Below, piece after piece: positions 10,020 to 21,590 of a stretch of DNA of 60,806 bases. Each line of letters begins with the position of its first letter. Positions within the stretch are counted from its first letter, which is position 1. The translations under genes and the position numbers were made by a program. The notes beneath the pieces are model-generated. The model saw nothing but the letters and a program-made list of their open reading frames with translations, had not been told where the DNA came from and ran no database searches. Source of the stretch: a virus (lineage: Duplodnaviria > Caudoviricetes); IMG/VR virus record IMGVR_UViG_3300048573_000207, positions 1-60,806 of that record, one strand, 5' to 3'.

Positions 10020-13000
10020 ATGGCAAAAGATCCAAAAAAGTTAAATCCAATAGACCCATACAGTAAGACATACCCAGGCCAGGATTTAAACACAGGTGTT
10101 GCACCCAGCACCACTGACTTATTACCAGCAATTTTTAGGACAGAGCCAAACAAAAAGGTTTTAAGTGCAGTAGTCGAAGACTTGTTTCAGCCAAGTTCCA
10201 TTGAAACATTAAACTATGCAGTTGGCCGTAATAACACAAAATTCACTGGCTTGGATTACTTGCCGCACCCTACGGCTCGTAGACAATTAGAAACTGGTTT
10301 AGTAGTATTTGACAATATTGGCAATGCAAATACGTTAACCGCAGACGATATTGCGTCGGCATGGAACTTAAATGACAGAACAAATGAAACTGTTGAAGCA
10401 ATTAGCATCTTAGATCTACCAATTGATCCAGATAAGTTTTTAAATTGGGCAAACTATTACTGGGTTGATAGTCGTATGCCAGTGGTATTTTTAAATAGCG
10501 GCGATAATGCTTCGTTGAGCATTCAAAGCGACATCATTGGCAAAAAGTATTACACATCGCCTGTACAAGATAACGGCCGCAGCTTAGAGTTAAAAAACGG
10601 CATGCGAGTAGTATTCCAACAGCACCCAAATCATTCAGACATCACTGGTGATTTAGATTTAGACTTGTTTACCGACGGCACTGACCAGTTAAACTTAGAG
10701 TATGAGTTCGTTAACTACGACCGAGGTTTAATTGGAGTTTCAGTTGACGGTGTTATTTTAACACAAGGCGTTGAATACTACGTTGCTGGAAATAACATTT
10801 TTTGGATTACTCCTTTTGATGCATTAAAGCCAGTTCACGTTCACGTACCAGATTATTACATAACATTAGATACTGAAACCAGATTACGTACTTGGTTAGT
10901 GTATGGTGTAGGTTCCGAAGAAGGCATTCAATTACTTGGCCTGCACTCGCAATTTACAAATACAGTTTACAGTAAACTATCAAATGCTCGTTGGGATGCA
11001 CCTGCGTTACCATGGGACCGTTCTGAATGGGACGGCACAATTCCAGGTATTAACCCCAAGCAATATATTTTACAAGAACCAGGTGCAAAAAACAAAAATG
11101 CACACAGCAGAACAAACTGCTGGTTCCACAAGTCTGCTATTCAAACAACAGTTGACTTCTTGGGTATTCAATTTAGCGACATTGCAGACAGCAACAGTCA
11201 AGCACTTCGACCAATTGTTGAATTTGAAAATACACTTGAGCTTTATAATCACGGCGTAAACTACAGAAACTGGACTACATTTTTGGTCGACGAAGCCAGC
11301 GTAAGCATTGACGACTTTGTTAACTTGCCATTGGTAGATAAAAATACCACTACGTTAAACGCACGATACATGTCATTATTGACCAAATTGAATCGTCCAG
11401 TTGACATTGCAGTACAAACAGAAATTCAAGGCAAGTTGAAATTTGCATTAAATGCTTCTTCAATTCCTACTGTGGAATTAAACAATATCTTGTCAAGCCT
11501 TGACAAGGACGCCACAGCTGGCCGTACTCCAAAATATGCAGTTTATAAAGTAAACGGTAACCGCATTGAGTGGATTAAAAACGCACCAACAAATACTAAT
11601 TGGGTTATAACATATAGAATTTCTAAAGTGCTATTATCGGCATTGCGTATTCTATGGTTAACAAAAGACGCAAACGTTAACTCAATCTTAAACATTAGAT
11701 CTGACGCAACAAAAACAGTAGGATATACTAAAGAAATTGCAAAAGATGGAGATGCTATTGTTGTTAATGTAACGTCATCAGATGACCCGCATTACCTTAA
11801 AGAGTATTACTGGAAAAACGGTGTTGCCACATTAGCAACATTCCGTAAGACTGCTATCCAACAACCGCTATTTGAATTGTATGCTCGTGACGGGATCAAG
11901 TTAAGTGATAAGACTGCTTTCAAGCCAACTGTTATCAACAGTAACATTATCAAAATCAAAGCTGGTACAAAGTTTGACGATGAGTCGGGTTATACCATTG
12001 ACTTTTTACCAACACAGTTTACACAATTATCTGCAGATAATACAGCAGCGGATAGCGTGTACAATATTTTATTTGAACACACTCTTCAGAAGCCTGCAAT
12101 TTACACTGATGCAAGTGGAACACAATCAACAGTACCAGGCCCTTATTCATTCCGAAGATATGCTGGAAAAGATGTTGTATCTGAGTTAAGCAATGGATAC
12201 CGCCGTGCCTGGTTTAAATTAAAGAGTTGGGCAATTCGTTCGGCACCAGTGTCAGGTGATACCACTATTCAATTGGATAGTTCAATGTGGCCCACTTACA
12301 ATTGGGCAGTTAAAATTGCCAATGGTGTAGGCACAGTATTACATGCCGATGACTTTGTAGAAGTGGTTGATAACGTGGGGGTGGGTGCCCGAGGCCATCA
12401 TATCTCTTTCAAAGTGTATCACAACGGTTTACAAACAGTTGCTACAGTAAGCGGCAGCGGATTTGAATCATTTGATGTCGGCGTAGTTGATGGCACAGTT
12501 TCATTTATTGTACCTACCACAGCAGTTGACACACTAAAAGTTTCTATTGGCTTTATCTCTGTTACTGCCCGCTTAATTGAACTAAAAGATGATCCTCGAT
12601 TTGTCAAAGTTGCGTTAAACGGAATGCCGGTTGACTACTCAATTGATTCAACGGCCTATACTATTTCATTAACAGGCACTGGCGCAGTTGAAATCAATCA
12701 TCAAGGCGATCAAATTGAGTCTGATCATATTACTGCGATTCCGGGCATTGATTACAATCCTGAACAGTATGAAAACTTCGACGAGATCAGTGTAGCAAGA
12801 CTAATCAATGGGCTGTCTAAAAATATTGCAGTTAACACTGCCAATGCTCGTGAATGGGTTGATAGTCCACGGTTCAAAACCTTAGACGGCATTTATATGG
12901 CTGACAACAGTGCAATGCGCTCGTCATGGGCTAACTTTGCGCTACAGCCAAATCTTCGTGACGTTGTTGTAGCACGTTCTATGTCAGCATGGAGATGGTA

Positions 13001-16000
13001 CCGTAAGTTTATTTCTAAATTAGAAGAAAGCAATCGCTTGTACAGCATTGAGACTTACGGCGTTGCTAATACACTTGATCGCATCTTAGATGAATTATTA
13101 CTTGGCGTAAACTACAGCTCTGTGGACGCAGTGTCTGGTATGGCATTTACACGTAGCGGAATGCGAAGCAATACTATCACTGCCCGAGGTAACGCTATAT
13201 TTGAAATTGGATCAAGTGATTTATTTACAAAACCGTATGCCGCTGATCATGTTTATGTTTATGTAGATGGCACTTTACAATTAAAAGAAGTTGACTATAC
13301 AATCAACGGTCAATGCATTGTATTTTTTACAACACCTACTGTTGGCAGCACAGTTGAAATTTACTTTGCTAGTGAAACAGAAATATACTCTGGTATTCCA
13401 GCAAGCCCTGCCAAACTTGGTCTTAGCGGAGTATTCGTACCGGCCATTGTTACAGAAACATGGGGAACAAACTCTAAGACATTTATTCAACGCCACGACG
13501 GTTCACGTATCACTGCATATGTAGATCCAGAATCTGGTTTAGCAGATACCAACAATGCATTTAATGCAGTTATATTAGAATTAGAACGCAGAACATACAA
13601 TGCGTGTATCAATCGTGTCGGAGATGCAGACCGTCAGTCTGCATACAGAAATCACAGCAAAGACGAAATAACAGAATCACAATCTCGTTCACAATTAGAA
13701 TGGTTCTCGATCAATGGTATTGACTACCGCGACCGCAGCGACTTTGATGCCGACGATTCATGGACATGGAACTATGGCAGCGCAAGCTGGAGAAAGTTAT
13801 ACTTAGATTCTTACGGCACTTATCGACTACACGAAGTTCCTTGGGAAGCATTGGGGTACGACAACAAGCCAACATGGTGGGATGCTCACTACTCATGGAC
13901 TGACAGTGCCAAGCGTTCTGCACTTGAGCAAGCATTGTATTTTGGTATCTTAGGAGAGCCAACAGGAGCAGCGTTCACTGATCCCAACTTTGCACATCCG
14001 CGCACAGTCTATCCAGTTGACGCCACAGGCAAGTTGTTAAGCCCATTCGACGCAGGTATTGCTGCTCCTACTGTAGACCAAGCACAACAGCCATGGGAAA
14101 TTGGTTCATTGGGCCCTGCTGAATTAGCATGGAGTCGCAGTGCAAGCGGCGCTTGGTCGAATGTATTACATTCGTTGGACAAGTATAGTTTAGCAAATAA
14201 ATTCTTTGACTGTGCAATCAATCCGTTTGTAGTGACGGTGAAAAATAACAGCACTGCTCCCAAAGGAACAGGCAGTATTGCTCCAGATCAATTTTTGTAC
14301 AATCGTACATTAATTGGCATTGGTGCAGTACTATTTGAAGGCTATCGCGAGTTTAACTTGCTTGGCGAAAGTCCGTTAAATGATTTATTAGCAATTAGCA
14401 CCAAGCTAGAATTCAGCGTAGGCGGCTTTACCGACGGCAATATTTCATTGAAGATGCCGTACACCAAGTTCCAAGACAATGAATATGTTCCTAACGATGA
14501 CTTTGGTTTAACATTAAGCACAGGTGTAGCACAAGAACAATTGCGCTATACATCAGTTAGAGTTGAAAAAGACAGTTCTGGTTTCCGTGTGTACGGTTTT
14601 GATCCAAAGCAACGATTCTTTAAAGTACTAACACCTACAGCTTCTGCATTGTCAACAAGCTATCCAACATCGCGTAGACAACTACAAACCAACTATGGAG
14701 CATTCGTTGAGTATCTGAGTTGGAACACTACTCCTGTGATTGTTCCGTATGGTTCCTATGTTGCAAACAAGCAAGACCTTATTACATTGTTAATGGGCTT
14801 AGGCGAGTACCAAAAGCAACAAGGCTTGGTATTAGACAGCATTAACTCTCGTGGTACTGTCACGGATTGGAAGCAAGCAGCAATTGACGCATTAACCTGG
14901 ATTGAAGAACAATGGAGCAGCGAGCATTATTGCGTAGTTGGCGTTGCCACAACTGACGGATTAAAGTTCCAGCACACTATGGGCGCACTAAGCAGATTGG
15001 ATGCTGCCCTGGAACGCACCGGTAAAGTGTTGTACGCCAATGGTCGTTCGGCTACAGCCAATGAGCTGCTAATTACTCGAGATTTTGAGCCTGGTGTTGA
15101 TAAGATAACACCGTTGACAAGTGAGCAGTTGGTGTTTGTTAACTTTGAAACTCAGTTGTACGATCATGTATTCTTTATTAACAAGAAAACCAAGTTTGGT
15201 GACTTGGTAGTTGATTTACAAACTGACAATAGACTACACGACTTAACAATCTCTGGCCGCAGAACATACAGCTGGAATGGCCGCCCGCACGCTTGCGGAG
15301 TGATTCTACAGCAGTACACCACATTGCCAGGCTTTGACACGTTGGTCAATGATATTGTTGCAAGCCACATGCCTGAACGTGTTGCATTTGACACAGCCAA
15401 AACTGACATTGCCCGCGGCAACGTAGTGCCAGCTAAAAAGAGTGTAATTTCCGACATCATTCAAGACAGCTCAAGTTCGTATTTGTACCGTCAAGGTTTA
15501 CAAAGTGCAGTTGGTACAAACTTGGCCATTGACGCGTTGTTTAGAAACAGAAATATTGACATCCCAGGCAGCTCGCAAGACGTTAGCGTAAACGAGCAGT
15601 GGATGTTTGATACCGGCGAGTTTGGGAACTTAACAAATAAGAAAACGTGGGAAATTGAACTACGAAAAGCGGACCTGACCAGCAATCGACAAATTGTACG
15701 ATTCCGTGATGATGCATTTGGTGTAACAGATTTACAAAGCGACAATATCATTGACATAGTTGGTAAAGCTGATCCTCGTTGGGTATCACGTCCAAGCAAC
15801 ATCTTGTTTGGTACTATCAATAGAGATCAAATTGATCAAAATTACAGTAAAGCACACAACTGGTTACCAAGCGCTGGATTGGCCAGTGTTGATGATGCAG
15901 ATATTGAAATCATGTATCTAAGCGAGCTTACATTTGACAAGCTACTTGGTGTAGATCGTACAAACACTGTTTTTGCTGCACAATCGTTTAGCAGATACAG

Positions 16001-18722
16001 CGATTACAATCCAGGTGATCATGCATGGAATCAAGCAAAGTTGTATCAAGCGAAGGTTCGCATTGTTGGTTCAAACGTTGCCGCATTTGACAGCACACAA
16101 TGGACCGAAATTGACGTTGGATTGTTGCCTTCTATCTGGGTAAGTGATTACTTAGATACAACAGGATTCGGCTGGAACGTTTTACAAACATTTGCTCCTG
16201 CATACATTGAAGAAATCTGTCCAAACACAATTGAAACTGGCTTGAACGAAAGTAAAGCTTCATTTGCTAACCCACACAGATTGACTCAAGGTGATACATT
16301 CATCATTGGCGGCAGCAATGATGGCAATTACAATGGTGTGCATCGTGTTAAAGCAGTAGTTGACGACTATAACGTTCTAATTGAAGCACGTAGTACCAGT
16401 GACGAAGTTGTTTATAATGCAGTTGGATTTAAACTGAATTCTGTTAAGTTTAAAACAGATGCAGATTTTGCAAGTTCTCCTTTGACGTTTGTCAAAGGCA
16501 TGAAAGCCTATATTGACTATGGCGACATCGAAGGTAGCTACAAGATTTACACGTTCACAGGCAACGGTCAAGTAAGCGAACATCAATACCAAGCTGAAAA
16601 TTATAGTAACACCATGATCGACAGCAGTTCAATTTTTCAAATGCAGTTGTTTGACTTCCGCACCAATGAACTATTGGAAACACTTGAAGTATTTGATCCT
16701 TACAAAGGATTAACTATTGACGAAGTTGCACAATACATTGACTTTAAGCAATTACCAGATCCGGCAAACTACAACATTACCGAACTGGGTGTAATAGATG
16801 AGTACATTTCTAACCCATGGGGCGCTGAGCATGTTGGCAAATTATGGTGGAATCTTGACAAGATTCGTTACATCGAGTACGAACAATCTGGTGACATCCA
16901 ATATCGTGCCAACCATTGGGGCGAACGCTTTGCTGACAGTGAAGTTGTTGTTTATGAATGGGTTGGCAGCACAGTACAACCCACCGTAGAGACTGAGCCA
17001 ATGGCATACTTGGACACAAGTGGCAATAGTGCTGGACAAGTTAGATACAGTGAGATTGTTACTACTAACGCCACAAACGGCGCAACACAAACAACCTATT
17101 ACTATTGGAAGCGAGCTCCGTCGGTAGTACCGCACAACAGCAGCAGAACGTACTCGGCAGCGGCAATTGAATCAGTGTTGAATAATCCAGACATCAATGG
17201 AGTTTCTTGGCTTGCTCCAATTGACACCAACGCATTTGTTATTTCTAACATATCTGGATTGTTTGGCAACAGAGACAAGTTAGTATTGCGCATTGAACAA
17301 AATGTTCGACCAGAACAAACACACACCAACAGTGTATTAGTAACTGAAAACGTTGACGTGATCAACGACTATCTATTCAACAGATTGTCAATGAGCATTG
17401 TTGGCCGCGACAACTTTAGAGAATCATATAAGCTAAATGAATACGTAATTGGTCAGCAATATAGCAAAGGCACTTACTTATACATTAAGTCAAATGGTAC
17501 AACCGTGGCAACAAGCACATACGGCGATGATGATTATCCAATCTTGCAAAACTTAGACGATACTCGTTATGACATCAACTCTATTAGACGTTCTGTTGAT
17601 TCTGCAGATCATAAAATTTATGTTGCAATCAAAGACTTTGTTGCAACAGGAATAGCCAGCGATTTGAATAACAGAAGCATTGTTAAGAGTGCAGCGTCGG
17701 CATTGATTCGCGATCCATATGAAAACTCAGACGAGTATTATGCAGTAGTCAATACAAGACGCGCAGTACCGGATCCTAGCCTGCATCCATTACGCCGCTA
17801 TGGTAATATGTATGTTCCAAAGCCACAATCATGGTTTAAGAATATCATAAATGCAAGACGAACATTGATTGTTGCAGCAAACGATTACCTATTGAATATT
17901 GACACAGTAAGCAAGCCAAATTGGGATCGATACCTAACGGTGTATCAACCTCTAAATGGTTCTTATGAAAAGGATCTAACTCGATACTGGACGTATGCGG
18001 ATTATGTTGCACCAGGATACAATGTTGGTAACGAATCTGTACAAATTCGATCAGATGAAATCAGCTCGCTTGACAGCACTGTAACAAGTTTTAGCGTAGT
18101 AGATAACTTTGGTAATGTAATTGAAGCATACGCCAAGTCTGGTAATGCACTAACCCTAAAGTATCGCAAAAACGGCACAATACAATTTTCAAACTCAGTT
18201 TGGGATGGCAGTTTAGGTGATGCGTGGGATTGTGCAAGATGGGACAGCGGGTCATGGGACGAAGATGCAAGCGAAGTAGTTGAAAGTATTTTGCGAGCAC
18301 TTCGCAAGGATATCTTTGCAGGCACCAACATCGAGTACTTCAACAAGCTATTCTTTGCATTGGTAAAGGAAAGTTTGTCACAGATTCCAAATGCTGATTG
18401 GGTAGTAAAAACAACATATCTTGATGTATTCCAAACCAGCGAACGTGAGTTGGTAAAGGTAGGAACTTATTACAACAAAAAGGACAAGCTAATCAATGAG
18501 TACATCAATGAAGTTAAGCCATTCCACAGCAAGATCATTGAAGCAAACAAGCTAAACAATGCTCAACAAGATATTGCTGTCACGGTTGGCGAAGCTGTTA
18601 CTATGACAGTTGAAACTCGTAAAACAATCATTGACGAAACTGGCCGCTCAATTGAAACCGAAGATGGTCGTCAATTGGCACTTGCACCAACAGTGGTTGT
18701 ACAAGAACTAATTGAGCAATAA
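10020..18722 (+). CDS. Very large virion structural protein (baseplate wedge / tail associated)
   Basis: 2900-aa ORF after gp6-like gene; N-terminal LLPAIFRTE.NKK and C-terminal YINEVKPFHSKI motifs typical of jumbo myophage baseplate proteins. Confidence 0.65.
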   Translation: MAKDPKKLNPIDPYSKTYPGQDLNTGVAPSTTDLLPAIFRTEPNKKVLSAVVEDLFQPSSIETLNYAVGRNNTKFTGLDYLPHPTARRQLETGLVVFDNIGNANTLTADDIASAWNLNDRTNETVEAISILDLPIDPDKFLNWANYYWVDSRMPVVFLNSGDNASLSIQSDIIGKKYYTSPVQDNGRSLELKNGMRVVFQQHPNHSDITGDLDLDLFTDGTDQLNLEYEFVNYDRGLIGVSVDGVILTQGVEYYVAGNNIFWITPFDALKPVHVHVPDYYITLDTETRLRTWLVYGVGSEEGIQLLGLHSQFTNTVYSKLSNARWDAPALPWDRSEWDGTIPGINPKQYILQEPGAKNKNAHSRTNCWFHKSAIQTTVDFLGIQFSDIADSNSQALRPIVEFENTLELYNHGVNYRNWTTFLVDEASVSIDDFVNLPLVDKNTTTLNARYMSLLTKLNRPVDIAVQTEIQGKLKFALNASSIPTVELNNILSSLDKDATAGRTPKYAVYKVNGNRIEWIKNAPTNTNWVITYRISKVLLSALRILWLTKDANVNSILNIRSDATKTVGYTKEIAKDGDAIVVNVTSSDDPHYLKEYYWKNGVATLATFRKTAIQQPLFELYARDGIKLSDKTAFKPTVINSNIIKIKAGTKFDDESGYTIDFLPTQFTQLSADNTAADSVYNILFEHTLQKPAIYTDASGTQSTVPGPYSFRRYAGKDVVSELSNGYRRAWFKLKSWAIRSAPVSGDTTIQLDSSMWPTYNWAVKIANGVGTVLHADDFVEVVDNVGVGARGHHISFKVYHNGLQTVATVSGSGFESFDVGVVDGTVSFIVPTTAVDTLKVSIGFISVTARLIELKDDPRFVKVALNGMPVDYSIDSTAYTISLTGTGAVEINHQGDQIESDHITAIPGIDYNPEQYENFDEISVARLINGLSKNIAVNTANAREWVDSPRFKTLDGIYMADNSAMRSSWANFALQPNLRDVVVARSMSAWRWYRKFISKLEESNRLYSIETYGVANTLDRILDELLLGVNYSSVDAVSGMAFTRSGMRSNTITARGNAIFEIGSSDLFTKPYAADHVYVYVDGTLQLKEVDYTINGQCIVFFTTPTVGSTVEIYFASETEIYSGIPASPAKLGLSGVFVPAIVTETWGTNSKTFIQRHDGSRITAYVDPESGLADTNNAFNAVILELERRTYNACINRVGDADRQSAYRNHSKDEITESQSRSQLEWFSINGIDYRDRSDFDADDSWTWNYGSASWRKLYLDSYGTYRLHEVPWEALGYDNKPTWWDAHYSWTDSAKRSALEQALYFGILGEPTGAAFTDPNFAHPRTVYPVDATGKLLSPFDAGIAAPTVDQAQQPWEIGSLGPAELAWSRSASGAWSNVLHSLDKYSLANKFFDCAINPFVVTVKNNSTAPKGTGSIAPDQFLYNRTLIGIGAVLFEGYREFNLLGESPLNDLLAISTKLEFSVGGFTDGNISLKMPYTKFQDNEYVPNDDFGLTLSTGVAQEQLRYTSVRVEKDSSGFRVYGFDPKQRFFKVLTPTASALSTSYPTSRRQLQTNYGAFVEYLSWNTTPVIVPYGSYVANKQDLITLLMGLGEYQKQQGLVLDSINSRGTVTDWKQAAIDALTWIEEQWSSEHYCVVGVATTDGLKFQHTMGALSRLDAALERTGKVLYANGRSATANELLITRDFEPGVDKITPLTSEQLVFVNFETQLYDHVFFINKKTKFGDLVVDLQTDNRLHDLTISGRRTYSWNGRPHACGVILQQYTTLPGFDTLVNDIVASHMPERVAFDTAKTDIARGNVVPAKKSVISDIIQDSSSSYLYRQGLQSAVGTNLAIDALFRNRNIDIPGSSQDVSVNEQWMFDTGEFGNLTNKKTWEIELRKADLTSNRQIVRFRDDAFGVTDLQSDNIIDIVGKADPRWVSRPSNILFGTINRDQIDQNYSKAHNWLPSAGLASVDDADIEIMYLSELTFDKLLGVDRTNTVFAAQSFSRYSDYNPGDHAWNQAKLYQAKVRIVGSNVAAFDSTQWTEIDVGLLPSIWVSDYLDTTGFGWNVLQTFAPAYIEEICPNTIETGLNESKASFANPHRLTQGDTFIIGGSNDGNYNGVHRVKAVVDDYNVLIEARSTSDEVVYNAVGFKLNSVKFKTDADFASSPLTFVKGMKAYIDYGDIEGSYKIYTFTGNGQVSEHQYQAENYSNTMIDSSSIFQMQLFDFRTNELLETLEVFDPYKGLTIDEVAQYIDFKQLPDPANYNITELGVIDEYISNPWGAEHVGKLWWNLDKIRYIEYEQSGDIQYRANHWGERFADSEVVVYEWVGSTVQPTVETEPMAYLDTSGNSAGQVRYSEIVTTNATNGATQTTYYYWKRAPSVVPHNSSRTYSAAAIESVLNNPDINGVSWLAPIDTNAFVISNISGLFGNRDKLVLRIEQNVRPEQTHTNSVLVTENVDVINDYLFNRLSMSIVGRDNFRESYKLNEYVIGQQYSKGTYLYIKSNGTTVATSTYGDDDYPILQNLDDTRYDINSIRRSVDSADHKIYVAIKDFVATGIASDLNNRSIVKSAASALIRDPYENSDEYYAVVNTRRAVPDPSLHPLRRYGNMYVPKPQSWFKNIINARRTLIVAANDYLLNIDTVSKPNWDRYLTVYQPLNGSYEKDLTRYWTYADYVAPGYNVGNESVQIRSDEISSLDSTVTSFSVVDNFGNVIEAYAKSGNALTLKYRKNGTIQFSNSVWDGSLGDAWDCARWDSGSWDEDASEVVESILRALRKDIFAGTNIEYFNKLFFALVKESLSQIPNADWVVKTTYLDVFQTSERELVKVGTYYNKKDKLINEYINEVKPFHSKIIEANKLNNAQQDIAVTVGEAVTMTVETRKTIIDETGRSIETEDGRQLALAPTVVVQELIEQ

Positions 18723-18754
18723 AGCGGGTTATTTTAAATACACTAAATATCAAT

Positions 18755-19381
18755 ATGAACATAACATCTTTGCCAGTTAAAATTACAACACACATTGTAA
18801 TCAGTGATGCAGACTCTGGGGAAATCTTGCGAGAAGGATCAAACGCCATTCACCAAGAAAACATGAGCCAAGTGTTTGCCACTGCATTGTCGCACGGAAC
18901 AAACAGCTTTATCAGCGAAATGCATTTTGGTAAAGGTGCAAGTGTAACTGCAATCAACGGCTCTATTTCTTATAGAACTCCTAATGTATTTGGTACAAAT
19001 TCAGATTTGTACAATCCACTATATTTTAAGGTAGTTGACGGGCAGGACTTAAACAATCTTGATGCCAACAGCAACAGTGTAACAGTAACACACACCACCG
19101 GAACAACTTATAGCAACACTGTGGTCACAGCAACATTGGAATACAACGACCCTGTTGCCAGCAACAGTGTTTTTAACATTGTCAACAGCACCGAAAACAG
19201 TTTAAATGCCACCACAACAGTAGATGGCGAAATGGTTTTTGATGAAATTGCATTAAAAACAAAAGGCACAGCAGGTTTAAACTCTGGAAAGCTGTTAACG
19301 CATTTTATTTTCCACCCAGTTGAAAAAAGCTACAACCAACGTATACAGATTGTGTACACGCTAAAAGTTCAAGCTGGTTAA
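18755..19381 (+). CDS. Virion structural protein (baseplate/tail)
   Basis: FDEIAL...LLTHFIFHPVEKS.N..IQIVYTL motif; late-promoter motif upstream. Confidence 0.6.
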   Translation: MNITSLPVKITTHIVISDADSGEILREGSNAIHQENMSQVFATALSHGTNSFISEMHFGKGASVTAINGSISYRTPNVFGTNSDLYNPLYFKVVDGQDLNNLDANSNSVTVTHTTGTTYSNTVVTATLEYNDPVASNSVFNIVNSTENSLNATTTVDGEMVFDEIALKTKGTAGLNSGKLLTHFIFHPVEKSYNQRIQIVYTLKVQAG

Positions 19382-19430
19382 AGAGAATTTAAACTAAATA
19401 TACAAAGGCATTAGCCAAAAGGACGAGAAA

Positions 19431-20504
19431 ATGGCATACGAAGTAAACAAAGCAAACGGCGAAGTGTTAGTTAACCTAATTGACGGGGAAATTGACAACA
19501 CCTCTACCAGTTTAAATTTATTGGGCAAGAACTATCTTGGTTACGGCGAATTGATTGCAGAAAACTTTGTTCACTTGCTAGAAAACTTTGCAAGTAGCAT
19601 TGAGCCAATTAGCCCGGTAAGTGGTCAACAATGGTTCGACACTGGCGAGTTGCGTTTAAAGTTAAACACAGATAACTCAAACTGGAAGACACTTGCATTC
19701 TTGGCTGCACAAAACAGCTCACCAGCAGCAAGCAATTCAATTAGAGGCGACATTTGGTATGATACTGCCAATAATGCCGTTAAGATTTACACAACCGACA
19801 CAACATTACCAGGTACAAATGGCAACGGTTGGATGAATATTGGCGCATTCCAAGGCACACGCGACACTGCAACTGGTATGACATTCTTAGATCTGTTGGA
19901 CACCAATCGTACCTTGCACAAAGTAGTTGCGCTGTATGCCTCAGGTGTATGCGTTATGATTATTAGTTCTGACGCCGACTTTACCATTGCCGAATCACAT
20001 GCAGTACCGGGCTTTGCTGAGATTGGCAAAGGCATCAACATGAATACCAGTGGCCGCGATTCAACTGGATTTGATACAAACGCATTCAAGTTACGCGGTA
20101 TTTCTATGGAAGCTGAATTTGCCGACGTTGCAGAGATTTATGTAAGTGATGCAGCATACGAGCCAGGTACATTGGTATCGCTGGGTGGCGACAAAGAAGT
20201 CACGCAAACAACTACCGCCGGTGACACAAACATTTTTGGTATTGTTTCAACTCGCCCAGCTTACTTGATGAATGCAAAACAAAAACGCGAAAAGAACGCA
20301 TTGCCAATTGCAGTTGCTGGCCGCATTCCAGTTAAAGTAACTGGCATAGTCAAGCGCGGCGACCGCTTGGTATCAAGCGATATTCCAGGTGTTGCACGAG
20401 TTGCCACACAACAAGATCCAGCCTGGAGTATTGTTGGCCGTAGTTTGGGCGAGTTTAGCGGAGAAGGCATTGGCAAAGTCGAAGCCACAGTTGGAGCACG
20501 ATAA
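19431..20504 (+). CDS. Tail fibre-like protein with C-terminal peptidase G2-like chaperone domain
   Basis: N-terminal L.L.GKNY.GYGE..AENF..LLENFA; C-terminal ADVAE.Y...YEPGT..., GIVST.PAYLMN, AGRIPVKV. Confidence 0.7.
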   Translation: MAYEVNKANGEVLVNLIDGEIDNTSTSLNLLGKNYLGYGELIAENFVHLLENFASSIEPISPVSGQQWFDTGELRLKLNTDNSNWKTLAFLAAQNSSPAASNSIRGDIWYDTANNAVKIYTTDTTLPGTNGNGWMNIGAFQGTRDTATGMTFLDLLDTNRTLHKVVALYASGVCVMIISSDADFTIAESHAVPGFAEIGKGINMNTSGRDSTGFDTNAFKLRGISMEAEFADVAEIYVSDAAYEPGTLVSLGGDKEVTQTTTAGDTNIFGIVSTRPAYLMNAKQKREKNALPIAVAGRIPVKVTGIVKRGDRLVSSDIPGVARVATQQDPAWSIVGRSLGEFSGEGIGKVEATVGAR

Positions 20505-21529
20505 TGGCTATTCAGCGTAAAAAGATTACCGCTGAAGACCTAAACACGTTGGCATCCGACGTTAATGAATTGTTTGGCGACACTCATGCAGGCCAGGGTC
20601 CTTCAACTGACTTGCAAACTCAAGACGACATTCGTTGGGGCTGGGGCGGAGACAATGTTGAATATGTTCAGCCAAAGCAAAAGCTGACAGCGGCTTTTAC
20701 AAATGAATTGGTTAATCGTATTAACCTAAGCACCTACAGAACAAATAGCACTGATCAGGAGCTTGTTATTGTTGCCCAAGGTGAAAAAGTAACAGCAGAA
20801 TTTTTTAACACCGCAGCAAGTTTGTTAGATTCGGCACGCAATTCTCGTAACAAAGTTGATCCGGCACTAACAACTTTAACAACAATCAAAACAGTTACAA
20901 GCACAGTTGATAATTGGAACAACCAGTTAGAAAACGCAGTCCAGTTTAACTTTACTGGTTACGAAAGTGCTCGTCACTTTTTCAATGCTGGAGGTGACAT
21001 TCGTTTAGTGTTTTCCATCACAGACGGTGCAGGCGCCGGATACAACACATGGGGCGGCATCTTTTTGGACCAGGGTACCCTGAGACTAAACGTTGACACA
21101 ATGGCCAGCTTAAACAACCGTGGCGTCAGTCAAGATGTTGGTTTTGCTGAACTTGCACTTAGTGAACAACTACTATACACTAGCCCATCTGGAGGCAGTA
21201 GCGGTTATGGCGGTTATGGGGGCTACGGCGGTTATGGGGGCTACGGCGGTTATGGGGGCTACGGCGGTTATGGGGGCTACGGCGGTTATGGGGGCTACGG
21301 CGGTTATGGCGGTTACGCTTCTAGTCGCGCTAAAATCTATGGCAGCATTGTTGGTGGTAATCTGCAATTGCGCACACTATTGGACCACGCAGGTCTAGGG
21401 ACCAAAGTAACAGGTACAATCACCATGGTAGTATCTGTTTCTCATCCATCTACTGTTACTGAAAATGGTGTAACACTGAGCCTTCCGACTCCTACGGCAA
21501 CTATACATACGCCTTGGCAAGAAATCTAA
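20504..21529 (+). CDS. Virion structural protein with (GGY)12 tract
   Basis: ARHFFNAGGDIR motif of phage tail proteins; Gly-Tyr repeat insert. Confidence 0.6.
   Translation: MAIQRKKITAEDLNTLASDVNELFGDTHAGQGPSTDLQTQDDIRWGWGGDNVEYVQPKQKLTAAFTNELVNRINLSTYRTNSTDQELVIVAQGEKVTAEFFNTAASLLDSARNSRNKVDPALTTLTTIKTVTSTVDNWNNQLENAVQFNFTGYESARHFFNAGGDIRLVFSITDGAGAGYNTWGGIFLDQGTLRLNVDTMASLNNRGVSQDVGFAELALSEQLLYTSPSGGSSGYGGYGGYGGYGGYGGYGGYGGYGGYGGYGGYGGYGGYASSRAKIYGSIVGGNLQLRTLLDHAGLGTKVTGTITMVVSVSHPSTVTENGVTLSLPTPTATIHTPWQEI
21209..21316 (+). repeat. Tandem repeat: five perfect 18-nt units GGCGGTTATGGGGGCTAC plus two GGY codon triplets
   Basis: Read directly: units start at 21209, 21227, 21245, 21263 and 21281. 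Confidence 0.97.
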
Positions 21530-21590
21530 TTGGTTAAACCAGAGTTTGTACGCTGGTAAATAACAGCATACATAATAATTCTGGAACCAA

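Noticed and set aside
21120-21398. Alternate-frame ORFs with MGATAV / ITAVAP repeats, or a CRISPR-like array
   Set aside because: They are shadows of the GGY-coding tandem repeat; there are no spacers
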